A DNA stretch of 64,000 nucleotides. It comes from Klebsormidium nitens. Its lineage: Eukaryota > Plantae > Klebsormidiophyceae. Positions 11,752 through 23,700 of the stretch are shown here, in pieces. The notes beneath the pieces are model-generated. The model saw nothing but the letters and a program-made list of their open reading frames with translations, was not told the DNA's origin and ran no database searches. The position numbers were made by a program, and so were the translations under genes. The DNA is taken from assembly GCA_000708835.1 (NCBI GenBank), contig DF237310.1, positions 1-64,000 of the forward strand. The letters run 5' to 3'. How positions within the stretch are numbered: the stretch's first letter is position 1; each line of letters opens with the position of its first letter.

Positions 11752-14700
11752 TTAACGGTTTTGGAAGTTGAGGTAGCGCAGCGCCCACGTGGCCACGAGG
11801 AAGAAGATGACGGTCATGCCGAACATGATGCCCACGACCATGCCGAGCAGCTCGTGCTTGAAACCGAAAAAGTCCCTGCGCAAACACAGGAAAGGCGCTC
11901 GGTTAGCTTAACCCGGAAATGGATAAATCCCGAATGATGACCGGACCAGTCGTGGCAGAAATGGGGGTTCAAGATCGCCGAGACTTTCAAGCACGTGACC
12001 TGACTCTTTCAAGAATCTTTCCATGAACGAAAAGACTCTCTCCGCACAGGCAAAGATGATTCGCTCTTCGTTCCAACTACTATGAGACTTTGCCATTTCC
12101 ATACGGCCAAAACTCTACCGTTGTCCTTCCTCTTCAGTGGCGTCTACTACCTCACGACAGCTACGCCAACCGTTGCTATGGTGACAACGAAGGCCACCAA
12201 AAGGTCCAAGCTTACACCAAAACCTTATTAAACCCGAAGCTACTATGGAAAGTATGGGGTTCAGTTGCTTTTCGGCCTGGGCGGCACAGTCATATCGGGA
12301 CGGTCCAGATCTCCCGAAATGAATTGACCGTCCGACAAAGCGTTCTCAGCAGTGGCTCACCAACAAAGACCAGCTTCATAGAACATCTCGCTCCCAGGCA
12401 AGCAACAGAAAGAAGTCACTCGGTTTTTTGCCTCAGACGGTCCGCTTACTCGCAGAATGCCTTGATTGTGACGACCGTGCCGTCCGCGTAGCTGATGGTC
12501 TCGTCGGTGATGTCACCCAGCTGCGAGCCCACGACTCCGTACAGCGACCACGCCATCGGGTTGATGTAGTACAGCCACACGACCCAGCCCGGCATGGCCT
12601 GCGGGTAAGCGGCAGAAGATGACGTCAGCAATCCGGTTGTGTTTCGTTTTCTGACGTCAGCATTCCTGTTTCGTTTCATTTCATGTCGTTTCGTTTCGAT
12701 TTCCCTTTCGTCGAGCGGAATCCAGAGTGACAGTCTCAAGATGGGCGAACGTTCCCAGCAAGCTCTGGTCGATCACGAGAGTCATATCAGAATCATGTAA
12801 TGCAAGTACAAGAGACATTGGGGCGTCCGGTTGCACCACGGCAAGCCAAGCCCCTCAGCAACCAACCCTCGTTTTCACCGAAGCAGACCTCCAGAGGGCA
12901 GAGATGTTTCACCGTTGAGAAAATCGAGCGACATTGCCGTCTCCATTCACGAAGTATATACGGAGGTGAAACGTTTTGAAACGCAACGGCAAACGGTGCT
13001 TTTGAGAGACACGTCGGAAAGAGCGCACGGTATCCACGTGGCAGCGCCGCCATCCCCGAGGCTCTTGATGGCAAGAAGTCACTATTCAAGTTCACTAAGT
13101 TCACTATTATCTACAAAGAAGAGAAGCGGGACAACGAAGAAAAGCGGGACTCACGGGCTGAGGGATGAGGAACCCGCAGAAGAGGCACCTGCATAGGAAA
13201 GTGCAGGTCAAATGGTTGGACGACTGGGTGATCAACGATCCAACAAGTTGCTTTCGCAGTGGTGCAGGTTTGGCACACGTGAAGTGGTTCTGAGAACTCG
13301 CTCCGCAAGCAGGCTCCGTCTTTGGATCGAACATGGCCTTATGCCAGCCACTAAAAGCAATCGGGACAGCTCGCTTCATCAAAGAAATTGCAGCGAGCGT
13401 AGAATATTGTGCAGAAGAGATAATTCTGAAACGGAAAAGTTCAGGGATTCAACAAAAAAAGGGGGCACCCGCAAAATGGAAAGAGGCAGGACAACGACAA
13501 AGCAACGAAGGCGAAGGGATCAGACAAGATCAGGAGTTTCGTACGTTGGCAAAGAAAGATGTGTTTCCTGCTTGCTCACCAGAGGAAGTAGAAGAGGATC
13601 GACGTGACTTGCGCGATCTGCACGTTGGGCGTGATCGCGATCGACATGATGCCGTAGTAGGTGAAGAGGAAGAGCGTCTGGAACATGAAGAGGAAGAACC
13701 ACCAGAACTTGGCGGCGGTCCAGATGAAGTTGATCAGGCTGTACACGATCAGCGTGTACAGCGCCGTCTGGGCCAGGCTGCGCGGAAGGAGGTTAACAGC
13801 TTTAGGGTGTGATTTCAAGGGGTTACGGTTCTGGTTAGGACTTTTCGGGATTGGGTTTAAGGTTGTTTTGATGGAAATGGTGGATTCTGATCGAGAAGCG
13901 AGATCCGTTAAGCAGCAATCAGCTCCACGACAGCAATGCTCGAGCCAGCTTTGAGTTCGAGTAGGTTGTTTAGCGTTGTCCTCTTTCTTTCGATGCAATC
14001 AATATGGTCATACGAACATCAAATGCTGCACATCGTGATGGTAAAATCCAGGAAGGAGAACGTTGGTTCTGTGTTCTTACCAGTAGGGAATCTCCACGAC
14101 GCCCTGCGCGGCCAAAAAAACGATTCGCGTCAGTACTGGAATCAACGTAGTTGAGTGGTACAATCCAGAACCATTCCTGATCGCAAAGCAGTTGAGTTTC
14201 AACTCGCACGCAGTCAGCCTATTGAGGACGAGAGGAGTCCTCATCCCTTTTCGCTGTTCCGTTCATGGTTACTTCTTGTTAGTGAGCGCGAGCGCACCTG
14301 GGGACATAGCGCAATCTCATCAACATCCATAGTTTTGAGTCTTCCACCTAGGGCTCTGAACTGGTGACTTTGTGCGCGCTGCATCCGCGCTTCCCTTCGT
14401 CCAGCGTCTGAACCGACGTGAACGGCAATCTGCCTGACTTGATTCAAAATAAGGGCAACCTTGGAAGCGGCCTCACCGCTGCAAGAGCATACGGCAGTGG
14501 CGCATACATGCCGGCGGGCCGCTCTCTGTAGCTGACGGCGCGCTCGATGGCGATCACGGGCTGCACGTTCTGGGCGTTATTCACACCCAGCTGGATGACT
14601 GAGATGAACAGAGCGCCCATGACTGCGGAAAAAAGGCGGTGTGAATACCCTTTCCAAACACGGGCTGCACGGTTTGGGCGTTATTCAGTCGAAAAGGGCA

Positions 14701-17700
14701 CCCGTCATTGCGGAAAGGAGGCGGTGTGAATCCTCTCTTCGAACACGGGCTCTAAGGTTTGGGCATTATTCACATCCAATGGATGAGGAGATGGAGAGCG
14801 CCCATGACTGCAGAAGAAAGGCGGTGCGAATACCCTCTTTGAACACGAGCTGCACGTTTTGGGCGTATTTCAGACAAGGCTGGATAACAGAGATGAACAG
14901 AGCGCCCATGACTGCACAAGAGTTGCGGTGTCGAATGATTTACGACGAGGGGTCCCAATATTCGGCGAGGAGGTTGACCAAGATGATCAGTTGCGCTTTT
15001 GTTTGCAGAGACAGGAGTGCGACGTAGGGCTACGAAAGAAGCAACTATGGCATGGACAGAGAGAAAGATGCAGGGAACATATTTGCAAAGGTCAGACGCC
15101 CAAGAACGTCAAAAGTGGCGCTCTCCGATGCAGTTCAGAATGCTGACAATGTGGCCAATTGAAGATTAAAGGCCTAAGCACTGCTGGTTTACCATCTACC
15201 TGAAAGGTCTGTTTGTTGAGCTAGCACCTCTTGACGAGTTTCGAGGAAACGTGGACAACTTCCGGGGAACATATGGGGCTTTCTGCTTCAGTACCTAGAG
15301 GCTTCGGGGGTCTTTTCTATGGCCTTGGATGTAGTGTGGCTCCCAATGTGATGATTCTTAGAGGACGTATGGTCGAAGAAGCAAAGGACAATCGTGAAGC
15401 GAGAAGCAAGACTTGAGACTCAGATGGCCTCACCGTTGAGCACGTCCTGTTGGGTTCTTCTCTTGGACCCCAGGTTCAAAAAGTTGGTCCCGATCAGCAG
15501 GCTCAGCATGAGCGTCAGCAGGTAACGGATCGCGTTGTACTCCGGGAAGCGCCAGTACGTCTTGGAAAACTTCCACAGGAGCGCTTGGAACTGGACGGCC
15601 CAGCTGCGCGCGTACACGCGGTCGAACGCGAGCGGAGCGCTGCCCTCCGCGGGCTTTGCCTCCTCGGCAATCAACTCCTCGGCTTGCCTGCAACGAAGAG
15701 TTCAGGGAGTAGGTTCAGGGTTCAGGTTCAGGGTTTACAGCTATGCAGTTCCAGAACCGAACGCGAGTGGTACGCTATAGAAGTAAACAGCTGAACTTGC
15801 CACGTGGCGATGCACGGAACAGCCTGAAAGTGCCTGCGAGTCGCTGACCTTCTCGTCGATCGCTGACTGTGCTCAATTCTCGACGTGTCTCAGAAAGCAG
15901 GAAGTTGCCACGTGGCAGCACATGAGTGCTCCACTCACTGGAATATAGCGCCAACTTCCCGACTTGCTCCACGAAGTCGCCGACCTTCGCTGATGTTTTC
16001 AAGTCCAAATAGAAAACGGAAAGCAGAAAGTTGCCACGTGGCAGCCCATGAGGGGTTCACTCACTGGAACAGCGCCGATTTCCTGAAGTGCTCCGCAAAG
16101 TCGCCGACCTTCTCCTCCATGGCCGGCGTGCTGACCTCCAGCATCCACGTGGACGGATTGTAGCCCTCCTTGATCGGGGGAACCCCCTCAATCTTGCGGA
16201 AATAGTCGACGAGGAGCGCGGAGTCGCGGCCGAGAGGCCCGAAGTAGGTCACGTGGCCCCCCCGCTTGAGAAGGAGAAGCTCGTCGAAGGACTCGAAGAT
16301 GTCAATACTGGGCTGGTGGATGGTGCACACGACGGTGCGCCCCGTGTTGACCGTGTTGCGCACGGCGCGCATCACGATGGCCGCCGCGCGGGCGTCCAGG
16401 CCTGAAAGGAGACGAAATGAAGGCTTTAGGATTCTCGAGTCAAGGCTTTGTAAGGATGCGGGGTTTTGGACCGGAATCTGTGCCCAACCTGTTCGTGCTG
16501 TGTTGACCATGTTGCGCGTGGCGCACATCACGACGGCAGCGGCGCACGCATGCAAATCTGAAGAAAGGCAGGGTCAGAGATCCAAGACTTGGTTGGATTC
16601 TAAGCTTTTGGACGGCAATTCTGCAGATCATGGTTCGCCTCCTGTTGACCGTGTTGCACACTGCGTGCATCACGTTGGCAGCTGCACGCGCGTCGAGGCC
16701 TGACGAAAGATACTCTTGAGACTGTAAGATCCAACTGAGAACTCAGGTATGAGAAGGATCCAACTGAGAACTCAGGTATGAGAATCAGGAGGGAGTCTGA
16801 GAAACAATGCAGGAGCTCGCTGGAGTAATGCTTCATGGATCTTTTTCGATTGTGGGCTCGCTACCCATTCGGCGGACGAACTGCTTACTTGATGGAACGG
16901 CGGACCGCTAATCCAACGAGAACAACTGCTTGACTTAACGGAACGCACTGGTAAGCGCTTGCGCGGCCGTGCTTAAGATTCTTTGAAAGCTGATTGACAC
17001 ACCAGATGTCTGATCCCTTGTTCCTTACCCGACGTCGGCTCATCCATGAAGATGATGGAGGGATTGGCCACAAGCTCGACCGCAATCGTGAGCCGCTTGC
17101 GCTGCTCGACCGAAAGCCCGGTAATCCCTGGCAGCCCGACCAGCGCGTCGCGCAGCGTGGTTAGCTCGACCAGCTCCATAACCTCGTCCACAAACAGCTG
17201 CAAACAAAGTTTGAAAATCAGGTTAGCTCGACCGATTTCACAAAGACCGTCTCGCAGATTCGAAAGGTCATTCGACGGAATCATGATCTCTCAAGTGCTC
17301 GAGAGTCAAACACGTTCCGAAGCAGACGAGTAGTCAATCAGTAAACGCAGTTTTCGTTCGTGAACATCTTCACATCTGTGCAGTTCAGAGCGGAAACCAT
17401 CCCAAAACGGTATTTACCGTCACTTCGCAGATTTTTTGCGACATCAGCCTCAGAAGAGCGCCAGCTTTCGGCATCCTCCATCCCACCTACTCTAACCACA
17501 CCCGCAAAAACTCTAGACTTCCCCCTCACCTCACGCGTCCCTTTGTCGACCTCCTCCGGCAGGCGCAGCCACGCAGAGTAGATGAGCGCTTCGCGGACGG
17601 TCGCCTGGGGAGAGTGGATGTCGAACTGTTCCACGTAGCCGGACACTCGTGCGAACGTCTCGTGCACCTTGGGGTGTCCGGAGATGCGGACGTCACCCTC

Positions 17701-20700
17701 GATGTAGCCACCTGTCAGAATAGTGAACTCAATTCACGGCGCTAATTCCTTGACCGTGCTGTAAGACGGGGAGATCACGATGTTTCTGACGCCGCCGAGA
17801 TCTGATCTAAGATAGTCACATAACAAGTCGCCGGACGGGACTTGACATAGGCTGATTCTCCCCGACCAAGTCGGTCCTAGGTGTCTGCCTCTGCGATAAG
17901 ATCGGACTGGTTGTGGAAAAAGCGAGTTCTTAAATCGCCCGCTCACCCGTCTTACGGCCGGCCAGCACGTCCATGAGCGTCGTCTTTCCGGCTCCGCTGA
18001 CGCCCATGAGCGCCGTCAGCACCCCCGGGCGGAACGCCCCGCTCACGTGGTGCAGCAGCTGCAACTTGGCGCCCTTCTCCGCGCCCGAGTGGGCGCGCAT
18101 GTCCGCGGGCATGTCCACGCTGTAGCTGACGTCGTGGAACGTCATCACCTGCGAGGAAACGCAAAAGCTGACGTTAGATGCTGATGATGACGGATCGCTT
18201 GTGGAGGACGTGAGGAAATGTTAGCACCTGCGGAAAAGAAGTTGTTGGCGACTGAAATAGCCGACTGCTCACAAACAAATTCAAGCCGTCGTCTTGTTGT
18301 TACCCAAGCGTCCGAAGCACCCACCAACGGAATGACTGGCAGTCTCATTTCTTGCCCCCTTTGCAGAGGCACGCTACGGAACACAACCATTATTCTAATC
18401 TTTGAGGACCTTCTCAATCGAACCGGAGGTTGATTCACTGCTCCTTCATCCCCCACAAAAACTACTCGGTCCTTCGAAGCACTCGCTAATGGGACAGGAT
18501 GACCAGCCCATCTCCCTCTTGCTGGAGACACTCATCAACTCTCTCCGCTGGCACACTCTCCGACTGGCCCAAAATGCACAAAACTGGCGAGCCATCAACA
18601 CGGCCGAATTCCGAGGCCTTCCGGCGGAAGCACTCACCAACGGATCGAACGGCAGGACCATTCCCTTCTTCCGCTCGCCGTCTGCGGAGAGGAAGCTATT
18701 GCGGTAGTCCAGCCCGGAGTGGTGAGGCTGCCCCAGGGAGCGCTGCGCGGTGCCCAGGGACCGCTGAGCGGAGCTCAAACTGCGCTTGAAACTGACGGTG
18801 TACTCCGCTCTGCTGCGGTTCTGCTGGAGCGGGCGGGCGCTCGGGGCGACGTCGATCGCAACAGCGTCATGCGGGCGAACTGGAGAACGAACAAACTATC
18901 AGTAGCTTGCTGGCAGGGTCGCTGGCAGGGTCAGAATTCCCGGGGTTTATCAGTGAGACTGCGCATGGAAATTTACGGTGTACTCTGCTCTGCTGCGCTG
19001 TTGCTGAAGCGGGCGGGGGCTGGGGGCGACGTCGATCGCCACGGCGTTGTGTGCGCGGAATGGAGCAACAATTGGTTGTAAGCTTTTCAAGTTTCAGATT
19101 CATTATGCTCACCTTCTCCTGACGACGGAGCCGTAGCGGCAGAGCTTTTCTTGACCGCGACGGCGCTATTGCTCTTGGCGCTTCTGGCGCCTCAAGTCCA
19201 AAGGTTTCGACGTTTCTAAAGCTCTAAACCTAACTGAATAAGAGCAAAGAATGTCAAACATGATCAAATTCTAACCTGCCCACCTTCGCCAGACGGCGAG
19301 GCCATCGTGGCAGACCCCTTCTCAATCGAGCTGGCGCGTTGCTCTTGCCGCCAATGCCAACAACAATCAGAACAACTACAGAGTTGCGAAGTTCAGAAAT
19401 TAGAAGGAACAAAAGAAAAATCTCTCCAAATTCCTAAGAAACTGCTGAAGTCTAAAGGCGTGAAACCTCATCTTGCTCACCTTCTCCTGAGGGCGGGGCC
19501 ATTGCGGCAGACCCCATCTCGATTGCGACGGCGCCGTTGCTCGTGGCGCTCTTCCCAGTCTCGCTGCCGTCCTCGGCGATGGAGGCCAGCGTGTGCACCT
19601 TGTCGTGGCGGCTGCCCTTGCGGCGCTCGATGACCTGCTCCTCGGGGAGAGCGCCAGCGGTCATGTGGAAACCTGCGGACGAGGGTCTTGTCTTTATGAA
19701 AGCCCGTATGAGAATGGGGTTTAGAGCTAGACGTATCTGGCAAGCATGAAACATGACGGTCTGAAAATTTGCAGTGTGGGAATCTGGTCCCGAGGCCGCG
19801 AACCCCGTTGAGAACCCATGAAGAAACTTAACATCCAACCAGCTTCGTAGTGCCGTTCCGACCCCATTTTACTTCCTCCTCCCATGTCCGCAAATGCTTT
19901 ATTTGCTAGCTTTATGTGTCATTGAGCTAGACTTTCCAGGGAACAGCCTTTCTCGGGACGTGGTCAAAGACCAAGAAGCAGGAAGCTGCTAAGAAGAAAT
20001 TAGTATGCCACAAAACGCCGGACTCAAATCAGTCCAAACAGATACCCGCCTCGACCCATCTTACCACCAAAGACTTTCTTGGCGTTCTGACTAGGTTTGA
20101 CATGAGCTCAACTTTCCCAAAAAGTGGAGTGTACCTGGGACCCGATTGAAGACTAGGACGAGCAGCGTGTTGAGGATGAAGTAGTAGGCGACCAGCACGC
20201 CGGCCCCGATCCAGATCCAGTTCACGTTGGTGTGCAGGCCACGTTGCTTGAGCACGGCGTCGCCAAGTGTCACGCCGCCAGTGGTGCTGTTGGAGTCGTT
20301 GGGCAGGTTCCAGCGGTGCGCCTTGAACTCGTTGGCCGCCAGCGCGTTCTGGGCGTACGTCAGCGGGCTGGAGATGACAAAAAGGTGACGTGGGTTCTTC
20401 AGAAATTCTAAGATTTTCTCTTACGAAAGATTTGACTTTTGAGAGGGGAACGAACTGCGGTTGGAACTTGACCTCGTTGGCCGCCAGCGCGTTCTGGGCG
20501 TACGTCAGCGGGCTGGAGATGACAGAAAGTGACGTGTCGTTTAGAATCTCAAATTTTGGCATCGTGTCAAAACATGTGTGCAAGGGCGTCCGGAACTCCC
20601 AAAATAAAACCGGCCACCAGCCCCCCTCTCTCCTCTCGATGCACCATTTTACCTAGGGGTAAATTGGCCCCTAGATGTTGCCCCAACCGGCCACCAGCCC

Positions 20701-23700
20701 CCCCCCAACGAGGGCCGATTTTCGGAGGTCCGGACGCCCTTGCACACATGTTTTGACACGAGTCAAAAGCTGTGATATTGAAGAGTGGAACGAGCTGCGG
20801 TTGTGTCTTGAAACTCGTTGGCTGCCAACGCGGACGTCTGGAGAGACGGGAAGTAAAGCACTTTAATTTTTTTTTTTTTAACGCTTCCAGACAAAAGTAT
20901 GTGGATTTGAACCTTGAATACAACAGTCACCTCGCGCCTGTGTCTTCAACCCGTTGGCCGCGAGCACATTTGGGCGTAGGCCAGCGGGTTAAAGATGACG
21001 GAGGGGAGTCCTGTCCAGAAGGTTTCAAGGCTTTCACACAGAACTGATGGATTCTGAGATAGAAAGATTCAGTGTCGTGAATTAAATTTTGAAGAATGAA
21101 TTTCCAAAGGGTTTCAGTGGTGTGCCTTGAGCTCGTTGGCTGCAAAGCGTGTTCTGGCACACGTCAGCCGGCTGGATGCAAGATGGCGAGAGGTGGAGCA
21201 TCTTGTTGAAGTTCAGGATCTCATACAAAGACTGAAAGGCCCTGCGGATGTGCCTTGCACTCGTTAGCCACCAGCGCAACTGGACAGGGCTGCCAGGCGG
21301 CAGAAAATGACGTCAGCTTGGCACCCTTTATTGAAGCATTCTCGCTTTTCTCAGCCGAGAGCCGTGCACAATGTCGAATGCTGGAATGATGGTCTGCTAA
21401 GGACGTTGCTAGCTATACGATTGTCGAGCAACCTGCCATACAAAGTCGAGAGAAGTGTTTGAAGACCCACCTGATCCAGTAGGCCCACACCCACCAAGGC
21501 TTAATGTCCTCTGCAAAGGGAAAAAGTGCAAGGAGGCGGATCAGAGAGACTTTTTGGTCCGCACAACGTGGGAAGGTAACTAGCGTTACTTAAGCTGGAT
21601 GAAGCTACTTCGAGCTCGACGAGTTTGCATGCACGTGGGCGTCCCTGCTAAGCCTCTTTTTTGCGAATACTTTTGCAGAGTGGGAGCACCTAAAGAAACG
21701 AAAGGTCCGCAAGCGCTTCAGACGAAGCTCTAGGAGAGCCTTCTCGGATTGGCCCAGTCGAGCAGTTCACGCTCGACTAGCACAAAGCTTGTGGAGAAAG
21801 GAATTTGCCCAGGTGGCTTGAGAGAGCAAGCAAACACGGCAGGATTTGATCGACGTGAAGGAGGACATTCATCCAGAAGAAGACAACTGCTCGGCTTATC
21901 AATTCAGGTCGTCACCTTGGTTATTAACCGGGTCAAGAACCCGGGTTATGATCCAAACTATGAACTCACGTTTGGCGAGCACGAAGCCTCCGCAGACGAG
22001 CAGGATCGCAAACATTCCGGTTCCGCCCGTGTTGGCGGTCACCATCGATCGCCCGAGCGCGCCCACCAGCCGGAACAGCGCGGTGCACAGGTTTTGCAGG
22101 CAGATGAGGATGAGAATGAAGACGAAGAAGTGCGCGGGCTCCGGCGCGAGTCCGACGATGTAGTACACGATGACGGACCAGACAACGGACTCGATGACCG
22201 CGTAGGGGAGCTCGAGGAGCGTAGTCGGGAGCGCGAAGGCCCATCCAGGAAAGAAGAGGTTGTCGCGCTGCTTGGTGAAGACCGGCAGCCGTTGCACCTG
22301 AAGGACAGGAAGCAATTTTGAGGATTGAAATAGAAGGGTTTGGTCTGGGAGGTTGAGGTTTTCAAGGCTTGGGGTATAGGGATGCCCAATGCACGCAACC
22401 CGTTCAAGCAGTGGTTCAATTGAAGATTAGAAGGGGCTTTTGCGACGAGGTTGTCGCGCTGTTTGGTAAAGACGGGCATGCGTTGCACCTGAAAGCGGAG
22501 GGGCACGCGTGTTGGAGTTTGTTTGTTGAGAGACGTTATTTTCTGTTTTGGGCTTACCCGCTTTAGTGGACGAGGGAGGGACTCGTGGGTTGCCTAGTCG
22601 AAGAGAACTCTCCGGGTTAGATACTGCTTTTTGGACCGTCAATAGGATGCCCAGATCTTCGCATAACAAGAGCCCAACTTGAGAGGTGTCGGAAGCATCG
22701 GTACCCGTTCTTTTTTCCCGAATTCGTTTCAGAATCGAAAAAAGACCATCTCAGACGCAACAGGCAAAGGAACGATGCATTGGCTCACCGTGATCTAGGA
22801 CAGTCCAGAAAAGGACCGAAGAAGAGGAGAGTTGACCGCGCAGAATTTCAAGACCCGTTCACAATCAAAGAAGAGAGAGCCTTCTGCCTGAGTTTCAGTG
22901 CAAAAGCTGACGAAGCTTCTCACCGTGAGCGCGATGTTGAACAGTCCAGAAGACCATGAAGAGGACCGCATAACCTGGTCAAGAACAGGTGCGATTCGAG
23001 AGGGATAGAGCAGTTTGTTTTAACATAGCGCAGAAGCAGAAGCGTTAGCTTACCGTGAGCGCGATGTTGGACAGTCCGGAGAAGACCATGAAGAGGAGAC
23101 TGAAGAAGATAACGCCCAGATACAGCTGGCCGTCCCCGATGTTGTTCGGGTCCAGCGTCGTGCGGAGAAACAGGAACGCGGTAATGAACGCCACGATGCC
23201 GCACTGCAGTCAGCAGATTTGCATCAGATTACAGAGCTACAGAGAGGGTCAGATGTTGACGCTCAGCTTTTTATTCGAAAGATTAAGATTGAAATAGAGT
23301 GAAACAATCCCGACGCTCATGCGAACCACAGCTGGAAAGTTTCGAGGCTCGGAATCGAAGAGAGGAACGTTGTGCCTAACTTTGAGCGTGCAGACTGCTA
23401 CATTGGAAAGCATCCGTAGCCTAGCTGACATTGATATGCAGTTTGTGTCCCACAGTCTCCGACTTTGAACTGAGCGATGCGTCGTCAAGAGCTGTAGTCA
23501 GGCCGAGACGTCTTCATTGGAGCTTCAGAAAACCCGAAGGTCAGATCCGAAATAGGGGTTTCCTGCAAATAGGAAAACGAAACACCTTATACGAATCCCC
23601 GCCTAGGTCGCACAGACCAATCAGATTCTCACCATTGTTCCGCGGAAGATCCAGAGGAAGGAGTTGCGGCGCGCGAGGATGATCTCGCGGTCCCACATCG

